Shown here: piece after piece, positions 52,801-62,432 of the stretch
Layout: each line of letters opens with the position of its first letter
Position numbering within the stretch: position 1 is the first letter of the stretch
Translations under genes and position numbers: made by a program
Assembly (NCBI GenBank): GCA_051546255.1
Contig: CP128815.1
Location: 62,001 to 126,000 of the forward strand
Source of the DNA: Meyerozyma guilliermondii
Taxonomy: Eukaryota
Length of the DNA stretch: 64,000 bases
Direction of reading: 5' to 3'
The notes under the pieces: model-generated
The model's input: only the letters and a program-made list of their open reading frames with translations
What the model was told of the DNA's origin: nothing
The model's database searches: none

Positions 52801-53259
52801 GACTTGGTTAGTCAAGTTGAGAGCCATGATGTTAACATTATCTGTCAAAGATCTCCAGATACCAACGGATCCTTCGTTCTTGGCTTGTCCACCAAGCTCA
52901 CCATTGGCGACCTCGGTGGCTACTTTGGTGACTTCATTGGCAAATGTTTGTAGTTGATCCATCATGGTATTAATGGTAATTTTCACCTTGAGGATCTCTG
53001 GGTCTGATTCTACGGTGTGAATTTCCACCTTTTTCGACAAGTCACCCATGGCGACACTGATAACCACGGTACCGATTTCGGATAACGCCTGCTTGAATGC
53101 CTTATTGGCCATTTTGGAGGTTTCGAGTTCTTCTGTGACTTTGGCTATAGCCATGTCCTGAGCTTTAACATGGGCAAGTAGCTGGCTTCGTATCTGGGCG
53201 TGATTTCGAGCAAATGCATCCGGATCCTCCAACAAGCCTATCAACTCCGTTGCACTCAT
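49897..53259 (-). CDS. NIK1: Group III hybrid histidine kinase (poly-HAMP, HisKA, HATPase, receiver)
   Basis: About 92-aa HAMP repeats (NLTNQVR.IA.VT.AVA.GDLS), [34 protein letters not shown]; first ATG at 53259. Confidence 0.97.
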   Translation of the reverse strand: MSATELIGLLEDPDAFARNHAQIRSQLLAHVKAQDMAIAKVTEELETSKMANKAFKQALSEIGTVVISVAMGDLSKKVEIHTVESDPEILKVKITINTMMDQLQTFANEVTKVATEVANGELGGQAKNEGSVGIWRSLTDNVNIMALNLTNQVREIADVTRAVARGDLSRKINVHAQGEILQLQMTINSMVDQLRTFAFEVSKVARDVGVLGILGGQALIGNVEGIWKELTDNVNAMALNLTTQVRNIANVTTAVAKGDLSKKVTADCKGEILNLKLTINQMVDRLQNFALEVTTLSREVGTLGILGGQANVQDVEGAWKAVTENVNLMATNLTNQVRSIATVTTAVAHGDLSQKIDVHAQGEILQLKNTINKMVDSLQLFASEVSKVARDVGINGKLGIQAQVSDVDGLWKEITSNVNTMASNLTSQVRAFAQITAAATDGDFTRFITVEASGEMDALKTKINQMVLNLRESIQRNTAAREAAELANSAKSEFLANMSHEIRTPLNGIIGMTQLSLDTELTQYQREMLSIVHNLANSLLTIIDDILDISKIEANRMTVEQIDFSLRGTVFGALKTLAVKAIEKSLDLTYQCDSSFPDNLIGDSFRLRQVILNLAGNAIKFTKQGKVSVSVKKSSKVVEDSDKLLLEVCVSDTGIGIEKDKLGLIFDTFCQADGSTTRKFGGTGLGLSISKQLILLMGGEIWVTSDYGSGSNFYFTVSVSPSNIRYTRQTEQLLPFSSHYILFVSTEHSEEELAEIKNGIIELGLIPVIVGNTSEANLTDPVKYDIIMIDSIATAKELRLLPEVKYIPLVLLHHSIPELNMRVCIDLGISSYGNTPCTITDLASAIIPALELRSISQNTDESVSYKILLAEDNLVNQKLAVRILEKQGHRVEVVENGLEAFEAIQKSKYDVVLMDVQMPVMGGFEATEKIRQWEKRSNPIDSLSFRTPIIALTAHAMLGDREKSLAKGMDDYVSKPLKPKLLMQTISKCIHNIKQLKELSKQNNSNRTSDFAKNLKKGSIKNNDHSASNFLSISSSPNSRVVSPNNYGQSSAPSSGVESPRVNSPKMRKTNSNDVITHGRPGQLSNDNRSVTESILSYGSRAGTAEPMEIDDESRFEHLD

Positions 53260-53956
53260 AGCTCGTTTGAGTTTTTTTGATACCGGAGAACTAATTTTCA
53301 ATGAGATTTATGAGCTGATCCTGGCACTGTATACTCAAGTACCGCAATAAACAACCAAGAAAGATGTAAACACGGTCTTTTTTAATCAAAAAAAAAGCGG
53401 GTCTTGTTTTTAAAGCAGCCGTTTGATCGTTGTTACCACTTCAAGTACGAACGAATGACAAGATACAAAAACTTCAAGAACTTTATAGCAAGAATTAGCT
53501 TCCAACACAGATACACAAATTACTTGTCCGGTGAGTTGTATCCCTATCGATGACGTTGTGTGGCTAAAGTTTGACACCCGGCTGTAATATCAGGTGGGAC
53601 CCGTACACCAAGAAGAATTTAGCACTACTTACGTTTAAGAATAAGCGGCAATTCTTAGACCTAGAAGTGCAGCTATTTGATGTGATTAGCGATGGGAACT
53701 CGGATGGCTAATACGGGTAATCCTGATCAAGAAAATTGTTGTCGTCAATGGCAATTGTTCAGGGGATACTGAGCCGCACACCAGGGTTTTGTGTTGTGAA
53801 TTAGGTAAGGGAAGGTCGCGTAGTGAAACGCAGAGCAGCGCTGAGCGGCGCCGACAACGGTGCAGGAGCGGAACTGCGGTGGTGAACTGGTCTGCTGTAG
53901 TTTGTAAATATGCTGCAATATGGAATAAAAGGAGGAGAAATGCAGATTTTGAGCCA

Positions 53957-54829
53957 ATGAATTTAAAGGTTATTTATTTTTATTTTGTTGTACAGGCTTT
54001 GGCCTCGGTAATTAAGCTTGATCACATTGCAAATAACTCCTCAGAAGAGTTCCCAGTGCAAGCAGCCAAGGTTCAAAATGACGAGTTTCAAGAATATTCA
54101 CTTTCGTTGCGGACTAAACTCAATCCCGCCGTCATGAAGTACGTCTGCAAATATAATCCCAAGGCCATTCTTCGTTTCGAGGATACTGGAACCATTATGG
54201 TTCCGGACATTGCGTCTTGGTCGATGGCTGCGAAAAAATACAAGTACTATGAAGTTGACACCAGTGGCCCTAAAACTGCTGAAAATGACGAAGAGTCAAG
54301 ACCGGGGTCTGGAGATAATGATGAAGAGTCAAGAACGAAGGAAAGTCAAATAGACAGTCCGCTCTTTCCTGCAAGTAACTGTGTTCTGGTAGCGGACAGC
54401 GAAGGTAATTCCGGTTCGGTGAGTCTCAACTATGCTCTTAAGCTTCTGATACAGCCACATACCGCTATGGGAGCCAATTGGGTGGTTTCTACGTTGGCTT
54501 TCAAGTTTGGTTCCAAAGCACCTGTCACCACCACTACCGGTTCTTGGACCGGTTCGCACACCTGTATTGGTCAAAAGGGCACTGCCACAAGACTTATGTA
54601 CAGACCACCCATTGTCCAGTTACAGGCCAAAGGACGTGCTATATACTACGACAAGAGAGCCAATAAGCTTGATCAGGAACCAAACTGGACGGCCATGGAC
54701 CCAGTCAAGATGATCACGGAAGAAATGCCTTTTTTCTACTGTATGAACTGGAAAGGTACCGAGTGTGAAGAGACGCAATCTGAGTATGTCGACGAAGCGG
54801 GAACACAATATGTGGCCCAGATGTATTAG
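53957..54829 (+). CDS. Putative secreted protein, 290 aa, unknown family
   Basis: ATG 53957 starts a signal-peptide-like MNLKVIYFYFVVQALA; 5 Cys; S/T-rich beta-type C-terminal half. Confidence 0.65.
   Translation: MNLKVIYFYFVVQALASVIKLDHIANNSSEEFPVQAAKVQNDEFQEYSLSLRTKLNPAVMKYVCKYNPKAILRFEDTGTIMVPDIASWSMAAKKYKYYEVDTSGPKTAENDEESRPGSGDNDEESRTKESQIDSPLFPASNCVLVADSEGNSGSVSLNYALKLLIQPHTAMGANWVVSTLAFKFGSKAPVTTTTGSWTGSHTCIGQKGTATRLMYRPPIVQLQAKGRAIYYDKRANKLDQEPNWTAMDPVKMITEEMPFFYCMNWKGTECEETQSEYVDEAGTQYVAQMY
54284..54334 (+). repeat. In-frame direct repeat, 18 bp x2 at 33-bp period (NDEESR)
   Basis: AATGACGAAGAGTCAAGA and AATGATGAAGAGTCAAGA. Confidence 0.8.
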
Positions 54830-54917
54830 CGATGGTCTGGTACACTTCGCATATCTCATGCGCACTCTATATAGCCGGATGCGACGAACTGCACTTATCG
54901 GCCGGATATCGCACGGG

Positions 54918-54923
54918 CCTCGG
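54918..54923. promoter_or_regulatory. CCTCGG fatty-acid response element upstream of SPS19
   Basis: Exact CCTCGG about 70 bp upstream of the ATG, followed by a TATA-like TTATATA near 54951. Confidence 0.55.
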
Positions 54924-54993
54924 TTCACCAACCCCACATTTTCACTTGATTTATATACACCTGAAATACGCTGATTTTGGCTAATATTTTATC

Positions 54994-55863
54994 ATGACCA
55001 CTTTAGACAAGTCGTTTGTGACCAACGGTGTATGGAAGGAGGATATTTTCAAGGGAAAGGTGGTTTTCGTTACTGGAGGTGCTGGTACCATCTGCCGAGT
55101 GCAAGTTGAAGCCATGGTGCTTTTGGGAGCCGATGCGGTGATTGTTGGAAGAAACGTCGATAAAACCATCAAAGCGGCCAAGGAGATTGAGGAATTGAGA
55201 CCGGGAGCCAAGGTGTTGGGAGTTGGCAATGTTGATGTGCGGGATGTTCAAAGCATTGCTAAGGCTGTTCAAGAGTCGGTTGAAAAATTGGGCCGAATTG
55301 ACTTTGTGATTGCAGGTGCTGCCGGAAACTTTTTGTCTGATTTCAACCACTTGTCTTCCAATGCTTTCAAATCGGTGGTTTCCATCGACTTACTTGGTTC
55401 CTTCAATACCATCAAGGCCTGTTTCGACCAGTTGAGAAAGAACAAGGGTGCAATAATCTTCATTTCTGCCACCCTCCATTACTACGGAGTTCCCTTCCAG
55501 TCACATGTGGGTGCTGCCAAGGCGGGTGTGGATGCTCTTTCCAACGCATTGGCTGTCGAATTGGGTCCCTTGGGTATCAGAGTCAACGTTATCGCACCAG
55601 GAGCCATTGATGGAACTGAAGGTTTTTCCAGATTGGCTCCTCCAGGAACCACCCCAATGCACGAAAAGGTTCCAGTGCAAAGATTGGGGCAGACTAAAGA
55701 TATTGCTGAAGCCACAGTGTATCTTTTCTCGCCAGCAGCTTCTTACGTTACGGGAACCATCCAGGTGGTTGATGGTGGACTCTGGCATGTTGGAAACTTT
55801 ATGGGTAGCCTTTATCCATCAGTGGTCAAGCAACAAAATGAAGACCCCGAGGTCAAGTTGTGA
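54994..55863 (+). CDS. SPS19: Peroxisomal 2,4-dienoyl-CoA reductase
   Basis: FVTGGAGTICRVQ, IAGAAGNF, SIDLLGSFNT, SATLHYYGVPFQSHVGAAKAG, ELGPLGIR; C-terminal VKL. Confidence 0.93.
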   Translation: MTTLDKSFVTNGVWKEDIFKGKVVFVTGGAGTICRVQVEAMVLLGADAVIVGRNVDKTIKAAKEIEELRPGAKVLGVGNVDVRDVQSIAKAVQESVEKLGRIDFVIAGAAGNFLSDFNHLSSNAFKSVVSIDLLGSFNTIKACFDQLRKNKGAIIFISATLHYYGVPFQSHVGAAKAGVDALSNALAVELGPLGIRVNVIAPGAIDGTEGFSRLAPPGTTPMHEKVPVQRLGQTKDIAEATVYLFSPAASYVTGTIQVVDGGLWHVGNFMGSLYPSVVKQQNEDPEVKL

Positions 55864-56016
55864 ACACGAAGAACCCATACGAAAAATCAATACGATATGA
55901 ATTTAAAAGTATACATGTAGCTTACTCTCCATAAACTTTCTCCGCAGCCCTGCATACCGATTCGCGATTCAGCTTCGCGATCAACTTCGTGTACGTCTTC
56001 CACAGCCCCATAAACA

Positions 56017-57249
56017 ATGTTTCCCGGTTCTGGAAGACAAACATATCAACAGCAGGGCTACCCACCCCCTCAGGGAGCTCCACAGTACAACTATGGTCCA
56101 CCTCAAGGTCCCCCTCAAGGATATTATAATGGTCCTCCACAAGGATACAATGGTCCTCCGCAGGGTCCTCCACCCCAAAACTACAATTATGGCCATTATG
56201 GGCCCCCACAAGGCCAGGGCCAGGGATACGGCCAGGGAGGACCAGCTCCCCAGATGTACAATAACAATCGTCAACTGGGAGCAATGAATGATGTTTCTAC
56301 TGCTCCCCAGCGGTTTGGAAATACCGATATGACGTACCAGTTATCCAACTGTTCCGGACGCAAAAAGGCATTGTTGGTGGGTATTAACTACTTTGGATCG
56401 AGCAACGAGCTTCGTGGATGTGTCAATGATATCAAAAATATGTCCAATTTCTTGAACCGTCGCTTTGGATACAGTTACGACGACATGGTGATTCTCACCG
56501 ACGACCAAAACCAGCGCAACAAAATCCCCACAAAAGAAAATATTATTCGTGCTATGCAGTGGTTGGTCAAGGATGCAAGACCCAACGACTCGTTGGTGTT
56601 CCATTACTCGGGCCATGGTGGTATTACCAAAGATTTGGACGGCGATGAAGACGAAGGCTACGACGAGGTGATTTACCCGGTAGACTTCCAGCAGGCAGGC
56701 CATATAGTTGACGACGACATGCACGCGATCATGGTGAGACCACTTCCTCCAGGGTGCAAATTGACGGCTCTTTTTGACTCCTGCCATTCTGGAACAGCCT
56801 TGGATTTGCCCTTCGTATACTCAACCAAGGGAGTGGTTAAAGAACCCAATCTTTGGAAAGACGCTGGTACCGATGCCTTTGGTGCGTTCATGCAATACGA
56901 ACGTGGAAACATTGGCGGTGCAATATCTTCAATTGGTGGTCTTCTCAAGAAAGTTACTAATCTGAGCAGTTCAAACAGACAACAAGTTATCAATATCAAA
57001 GCGTCTCCAGCAGATGTCATCTCCATTTCGGGATGTAAGGACGACCAGACCAGTGCAGACGCGCTGATAAACAACAATGCTACAGGAGCTATGAGTTGGG
57101 CATTTATCAAAACAATGACTGATATGCCTGAACAATCTTACTTGTCGTTGCTTAACAATATGAGAACATTGCTCAAGGAAAAGTACTCGCAAAAGCCGCA
57201 ATTGAGCAGTTCTCATCCACAGGATATGAATATCAGGTTTATTATGTAG
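56017..57249 (+). CDS. MCA1: Metacaspase with Q/N/G/Y/P-rich prodomain
   Basis: [16 protein letters not shown] (catalytic His), DSCHSG (catalytic Cys), [20 protein letters not shown]. Confidence 0.97.
   Translation: MFPGSGRQTYQQQGYPPPQGAPQYNYGPPQGPPQGYYNGPPQGYNGPPQGPPPQNYNYGHYGPPQGQGQGYGQGGPAPQMYNNNRQLGAMNDVSTAPQRFGNTDMTYQLSNCSGRKKALLVGINYFGSSNELRGCVNDIKNMSNFLNRRFGYSYDDMVILTDDQNQRNKIPTKENIIRAMQWLVKDARPNDSLVFHYSGHGGITKDLDGDEDEGYDEVIYPVDFQQAGHIVDDDMHAIMVRPLPPGCKLTALFDSCHSGTALDLPFVYSTKGVVKEPNLWKDAGTDAFGAFMQYERGNIGGAISSIGGLLKKVTNLSSSNRQQVINIKASPADVISISGCKDDQTSADALINNNATGAMSWAFIKTMTDMPEQSYLSLLNNMRTLLKEKYSQKPQLSSSHPQDMNIRFIM
56095..56178 (+). repeat. Degenerate coding repeat (GPPQG[Y]YN) in the MCA1 prodomain
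   Basis: Repeated GGTCCNCCNCARGG units. Confidence 0.75.
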
Positions 57250-57370
57250 ACAATAAAACGAACTCCTACTAAAAACTCCACAATACCTACTCTACTCACT
57301 ATGCTTTCCACTATGATATGATACTAGCATCTCAGTATAATTTTGTTGTGCCACTCGCCTCTTACGAATA

Positions 57371-57465
57371 GGGCGTGTGGTCTAGTGGTATGATTCTCGC
57401 TTTGGGCTTTGCTGGAAACAGCTAAAGTATGTGAGAGGCCCTGGGTTCAATTCCCAGCCCGCCCC
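57371..57465 (+). tRNA. tRNA-Pro(TGG) with a 23-nt intron (57407-57429)
   Basis: GGGCGTGTGGTCTAGTGGTATGATTCTCGCTT-TGG-G[intron]TGTGAGAGGCCCTGGGTTCAATTCCCAGCCCGCCCC; T-run terminator at about 57470-57475. Confidence 0.95.
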
Positions 57466-57610
57466 ATTCTTTTTTCTTAGACTTTCCAATCGTGGTGTAT
57501 GGATGGACTTTTTTGTGCCACGCAAAGGATGGAGATCTAGTGCTGTTTAATCGTAAAATTGACCTTCCATTTTTGCTTAATAGGGCTCCACCACGAATTA
57601 TAGAAAAGCC

Positions 57611-58600
57611 ATGTCTTACACAAAGGAGCAAGAGTCCATCGTTCTAAAGGTTCTATCGTATAAACCGCATCAGTTCTACGAGATTCTTCAGGTGGAGAAA
57701 TCCGCCAGCGACTCGGAAATAAAGAAATCGTATCGGAAACTCGCCATTAAACTCCATCCAGACAAAAATCCACATCCGAGGTCTTCAGAGGCATTCAAAT
57801 ACTTGAACAAAGCTTGGGGTGTGCTTAGTGATGAGAGCAAGAAACGGATCTATGATCAAACCGGGTCGGATCCAGACAGCCGGTTTGCAGGATACGACAA
57901 CAGCGAAGCTTCAGCATCGGGTGTAGATCCTCGGATGTTCAACTCGCCGTTCGGTGGAGGCTTTGGTGGCGGCGGTTATGGTGGAGGAGGTTCGCTAGAT
58001 GAGGAACTTTTCAACCTATTCTTTGGCGGCGCCGGTAGAGGAGGACAAACATTTACATTCGGAAATAATGGGTTCACGTTCCAAACGTTTGGCAACGGGC
58101 CTTCACACCAACATCCTTTCTTCACCTCCAACGGCGGTCGGACTCGCAGGGCCGAGAGACAACGCCAACGCACACAGCAGCCAGAAAATGTTTCCGTGCT
58201 TGATACCATAAAGCAATTGGCACCGTTGCTTCTCTTTCTTCTCGTGCCCATATTCTCGGCTATATTTTCCGACAATAGCAGCCCTGAATACTCATTCAAT
58301 AAGACCAGCGTCTACAATAGTGAACGAAGTACTCCCCGTTATAAGGTTCCGTACTACGTTTCAAAGGACTTTGAACGCAATAAGGACATGACAAAGAAAC
58401 AAATAAGGCAGTTTGGTTTAAAAGTGGAAAACCAGTATATCCTGGACAAAAGATCAAGATGCACGCGAGAGCAAACCATAAAGAACGAAATGATAGAGGA
58501 CGCACACGGATGGTTTTTCACAGATGAGGAAAAGCTACAGCAAGCGCAGGAGCTCCCCATGCCAAACTGCGAGGCATTGAGGAACCTCAATCTTATTTAG
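57611..58600 (+). CDS. HLJ1: ER-membrane J-domain co-chaperone (DNAJB12/Hlj1 type)
   Basis: J domain with HPDKN, G/F-rich linker, one transmembrane helix, C-terminal DUF1977-like region. Confidence 0.85.
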   Translation: MSYTKEQESIVLKVLSYKPHQFYEILQVEKSASDSEIKKSYRKLAIKLHPDKNPHPRSSEAFKYLNKAWGVLSDESKKRIYDQTGSDPDSRFAGYDNSEASASGVDPRMFNSPFGGGFGGGGYGGGGSLDEELFNLFFGGAGRGGQTFTFGNNGFTFQTFGNGPSHQHPFFTSNGGRTRRAERQRQRTQQPENVSVLDTIKQLAPLLLFLLVPIFSAIFSDNSSPEYSFNKTSVYNSERSTPRYKVPYYVSKDFERNKDMTKKQIRQFGLKVENQYILDKRSRCTREQTIKNEMIEDAHGWFFTDEEKLQQAQELPMPNCEALRNLNLI

Positions 58601-58653
58601 AACACCACGCTACACGCTCATTAATAATGGTCTATTTACAGCTGCATCATAAT

Positions 58654-59607
58654 TCAATGCAAAAGTCGTTGTAATCGGCCCGACTTGAGCAATTCTTCGT
58701 ATATACACCAACTGATAGCGGCAGAAAGTCCTTTGCGTCCGAACCGTAAAGACAATCCACGAAATAAGTTTCTTACTCCGCCATCTTCTTTGAGTAATTG
58801 TTTCGTTACCAGCATAATCGAGTTTCCTCCCACAGTATGTGAGTCTAATTGAAGTCTAGTTTTTATTGCATCAAAGGGTGCAGTGATGGTGGTGGCCAAC
58901 AGAGACGCAACCACGGCTGCGCTCGAATTCACAAGCGTACTGTTCTCTAGTTGTTCCTGTTGGTCAAATAAAATAAGCGTTTTGGGTACAAATTCATTCT
59001 TCATTGATTCATAAAACAAGACGTAGAGTCCCGCATATGGACAGTCACGAGCAAGTGTAGCGATTGTGCCTTTAAAGAAATTTCTTAACGAGCCCTTTTC
59101 CTTTCCGTCCAAGTAAATGCCTTCCACACCTTCGTACATCGAATTGTAGTTGTACATATTCAGCTCAAATCTGGTTTTGATGATGGTAATTGGCATAGTG
59201 ATGAATCCCACCACCGCACGAACAACAAACCCAGCTGACAAATTGTCGAGAGCACTTAATTTTGGGAGTACACTGGTCTGGGAATGGGGCAATTTGTCAG
59301 TCCGTGCTCTCAATTGAGCAACATATGTCCTTGTTTGGGATAAAATTGTAAAGTATAGTCCAGCACCGACCGAGGTACGAAGTGTGGAGGGCAAGGCACC
59401 TCTCCACAAGTCTTTGAATCTAGCAAGTTTTTTCAATTCTCGACTAATACTGGAGCGGTAACCGACATTGGCACGTTGCTGTTGTTGTAGTCTTGTTTTT
59501 AAAAGATCGAAAGGCTGTAATGTGAAAGCGGAAATAAGGCCAGCCGAGCTGCCAGCAAGCAAATGCAACGTAGTTCCGGGTTTAACCTCGGGAGTTGTAC
59601 TTGCCAT
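58654..59607 (-). CDS. HEM25: Mitochondrial carrier, glycine transporter (SLC25A38-like)
   Basis: [67 protein letters not shown]. Confidence 0.9.
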   Translation of the reverse strand: MASTTPEVKPGTTLHLLAGSSAGLISAFTLQPFDLLKTRLQQQQRANVGYRSSISRELKKLARFKDLWRGALPSTLRTSVGAGLYFTILSQTRTYVAQLRARTDKLPHSQTSVLPKLSALDNLSAGFVVRAVVGFITMPITIIKTRFELNMYNYNSMYEGVEGIYLDGKEKGSLRNFFKGTIATLARDCPYAGLYVLFYESMKNEFVPKTLILFDQQEQLENSTLVNSSAAVVASLLATTITAPFDAIKTRLQLDSHTVGGNSIMLVTKQLLKEDGGVRNLFRGLSLRFGRKGLSAAISWCIYEELLKSGRLQRLLH

Positions 59608-59747
59608 TAGATGCTCATGGACGATGAATTGACAAGCCTCGACTATTCAGAATGCTGAAATGACAAGGGAACCTAAATTGTTCAAGTGGTAGAAGGTGGG
59701 GCCAATCGATGAGACTTGAAACCCAAAATGGGGTTCTCTGCAGGTCC

Positions 59748-60884
59748 TCACTGGGGGAGCCAAAGCTTACTTAGAAATGCAACCAGTTGGCCAGATATAA
59801 CAAGCGCATCGTCTACCAGGTCCAAATTGTAGTCTGGAGTTGTAGTTGAGTCCGCACCTGACCAGAGAGCAAGACTTGCTAACGCTAGAAACGAATGTAA
59901 AGGATCGGGTCTCAGTTCATGGCTCTTGCCAAAACCTCCAAGCAAGCGATTTTGCGTACGACCAAGAAGAAATTTTGTAGCTTCACGGATATTGGTGAGG
60001 CCCAAGTAGTCTGAATTCATAAGATGCATGCTAGCAGTACACCACCAGGAGTAGCAAGTGTCTGCAAATTTGTTATCGCGACCATTGAACGCACCATCAT
60101 CCTCTTGATTCCACGACGGATATGAAGGTAAAGTACTGTAGATCTCATTCAGGTAGTTGACCTGGCGGCTCACAAGCCAATGCAAAGTATTAGAGGTCCA
60201 ATTGGCAGAGCCAAAGTCGTAATCTAAGAGCTTGAGTGTTGCTAGGCCACAGAACGTAAACCCAGCATGTGGCTCACAATAAGGAGAAGAGGACAATCCT
60301 CCGCTCAAGCTGACCCTTGATGTAACATATCCAATTATACTTGGCACGTCTAAATCATCAATGAGGTTGCAGAGCCTTCCGATCCCAACAGCCATATATG
60401 TAGTTCTCATATCAGCATCACCAAAGGCAACTCCGTTTACATCCAAAGTGGGTCTGAATGCTCCCTTGTCTGGCCCGTCTCGAATCTGGCACGAATTGAC
60501 AAATTGGATGATTTTTTGTCGGTCAATACGTTTCGTATAATCCAGTTCGAGTGCTAAAAGTGAAACCAATGCAAAAAAAGTAGCAGAAATACTGGGCATA
60601 TCGTATGATTTTTCATCATTTTTACGTTCATTGCCATCAATATTGAACGTCCTGCTCGGCCGGAATCCTTGACGGTTCCCCATAGTGATCAAATACGAGT
60701 AAATATACTGCGAATAACCCGTTCGATCTGATTCGGAAAAATCAAGATGACGAAGTATTTGTAGCCCTTGAAGACAAAAATATACCAATGCTAGCTTATT
60801 GGAATCCTCGCTCTCCGCCTGCAGAGGGAAAGATGCAAGACACATCTCAAAGTATCGTACATGTTTTTTGACCTCTAATGCCAT
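59748..60884 (-). CDS. CDC43: Geranylgeranyltransferase-I beta subunit
   Basis: KKHVRYF..P...EDSNKLALVYF, DMR..YMA, EPHAGFTFCG, FNGRDNKFADTCYSWW, DPLHSFL. Confidence 0.88.
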   Translation of the reverse strand: MALEVKKHVRYFEMCLASFPLQAESEDSNKLALVYFCLQGLQILRHLDFSESDRTGYSQYIYSYLITMGNRQGFRPSRTFNIDGNERKNDEKSYDMPSISATFFALVSLLALELDYTKRIDRQKIIQFVNSCQIRDGPDKGAFRPTLDVNGVAFGDADMRTTYMAVGIGRLCNLIDDLDVPSIIGYVTSRVSLSGGLSSSPYCEPHAGFTFCGLATLKLLDYDFGSANWTSNTLHWLVSRQVNYLNEIYSTLPSYPSWNQEDDGAFNGRDNKFADTCYSWWCTASMHLMNSDYLGLTNIREATKFLLGRTQNRLLGGFGKSHELRPDPLHSFLALASLALWSGADSTTTPDYNLDLVDDALVISGQLVAFLSKLWLPQ

Positions 60885-61497
60885 TCTGCCGTGCTGCGTT
60901 TGAGCGCGTGAACGTTGTAGACATGATTATATAAGCGATACCATTCAGATTGCATTTAGTTATTGCAACTCTCAACAAGGATAAATATGGTCAAATTAAC
61001 GAAATGAAAAAAATGCTGCCTTTGATGCAGAAAAAGCAATAAGACAAACCAGGGCGTTGAGGGGATGTTGGAACTGAATCAGTTTGTTAAGATTGGACAT
61101 ATTTAACGATTATATTGACGCTGGTCATTTTGATGGTTTTCAAGAAACGTGTACCTTGTTGATTTGACGATTCCCATACCGCGTCTTGGAAGACGGCGGT
61201 GTTCCTGGCTTTCACCGTGATTCGCGTGTTCATTGTATCCGTATTCAATGAACTTATGCCACACAATTCTAACACACCGTTTGTGGAAACCAGTAGCGTG
61301 ACATCAACATGCCCACGGGGGTATGAGGCAGTGCCCTGAAAGTTGAACCGAATAGTAGAGCACGAGGTCATTTTTATTTTGCGGGGTCCTGGATAAGCCG
61401 TGATTGTTATCGGCAAGACACCACAGTGACTTGGTACGAGTTACATTGCTACGGGCAACAGCCCAATGGTGAATTGTGGTTGGAGAGGGACAAGGAC

Positions 61498-61561
61498 TAG
61501 ATTGGTTCGAATGCTTGATTAGATTGATTCGAATGCTTGATTAGATTGATTCGAATGCTTG
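61498..61561. repeat. Minisatellite, 22-bp unit x about 3
   Basis: TAGATTG(G/A)TTCGAATGCTTGAT starting at 61498, 61520 and 61542. Confidence 0.92.
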
Positions 61562-61907
61562 GCACCACTTGCATTGACACAGTCGTACATGTCTACAAAT
61601 TGCATATTCACTGTGTAATGGTTTCGGCGCGTTTCTCTGGTGGCTTCAGCAAGAATCAGATAAAGGTACCTATTGTCATCTGAACGTGGAGGCTGTAAGG
61701 CACAAACGTGGTTGTAACACACACGAGCCCTGACCAGTTTTTACCCTAGCGAAGACGGGGTGGCACATGAGTTGCGTATTAGGAAACGGGGCTCCACGTT
61801 GCCAGCCCATTTCGGTTTGCATTCGCCGCAACCGAGAGCAAAGCCCCCTGTCATCGGCAGACTATAAAGGTATCACTTCTTGCTTTTGAGCAGCAGTTGA
61901 CTACGCT

Positions 61908-62432
61908 ATGAAGTTTTCTACGTCCACCCTTCTCTTAATTGCTGCTACTGCTGTTTCTGCTAAAGCCGTTGGTAACGCTGACCGCGCAGCTGACGCTATT
62001 GTGGCCAAGAGAGCCGACTCTTCAGACGCATCTGCTGAAACTGGCGACTCCGCTGCCTCCGATGACTCCAGTGCTACTGATGACTCTAGTTCTACTGACG
62101 AGTCTAGTGCTTCTGATGATTCCAGTGCTTCTGACGCTAGTGCTTCTGACGATTCAAGCGCTTCTGATTCTAGTGCCTCTGACGACTCCAGTGCTTCTGA
62201 CGACTCAAGCGCTTCTGATTCTAGTGCTTCTGACGACTCTAGTGCTTCCGACAGCTCCGAGTCTGGCTCTTCTGACGAGTCCAGTGCTTCCGACAGCTCT
62301 GAGTCCGGCTCTTCCGGATCGTCATCTTCTTCAGGTTCTAGCAGCTCATCATCTGGCTCTGGAGCTGGTGAGATGACCATTGGCTATGGTCTCGCTTTGG
62401 GTGCACTTGTGGCTGGTTCATTGTTGATCTAA
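61908..62432 (+). CDS. Small Ser/Asp-rich GPI-anchored cell-surface protein (PGA-like)
   Basis: Signal peptide, Kex2-type KR, SSASDD repeats, SGAG omega region with hydrophobic C-terminus; TATAAA at 61863-61868. Confidence 0.85.
   Translation: MKFSTSTLLLIAATAVSAKAVGNADRAADAIVAKRADSSDASAETGDSAASDDSSATDDSSSTDESSASDDSSASDASASDDSSASDSSASDDSSASDDSSASDSSASDDSSASDSSESGSSDESSASDSSESGSSGSSSSSGSSSSSSGSGAGEMTIGYGLALGALVAGSLLI
62061..62300 (+). repeat. Coding tandem repeat with 15/18-bp units (D)DSSAS
   Basis: Repeated GAYGAYTCNAGTGCTTCT-like units. Confidence 0.85.

Noticed and set aside
51900..53080. Roughly 276-bp periodic similarity inside NIK1
   Set aside because: Explained by the known poly-HAMP repeats of group III histidine kinases
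53789..53956. Track N-terminal extensions from TTG/GTG starts (also for KTI12, HMT1, TSC13, JHD1, ELP5, GPI16, ARG1)
   Set aside because: Artefacts of bacterial-style start calling; homology or signal peptides begin at the downstream ATG
61498..61561. CRISPR-like or telomeric reading of the 22-bp repeat
   Set aside because: Repeats are contiguous with no spacers, the host is eukaryotic, there are no cas genes and no G-rich telomeric strand
61901..62380. Alternative-frame and antisense ORFs over the GPI protein repeat
   Set aside because: Open only because of the periodic repeat; the 61908 frame has the signal peptide and GPI tail
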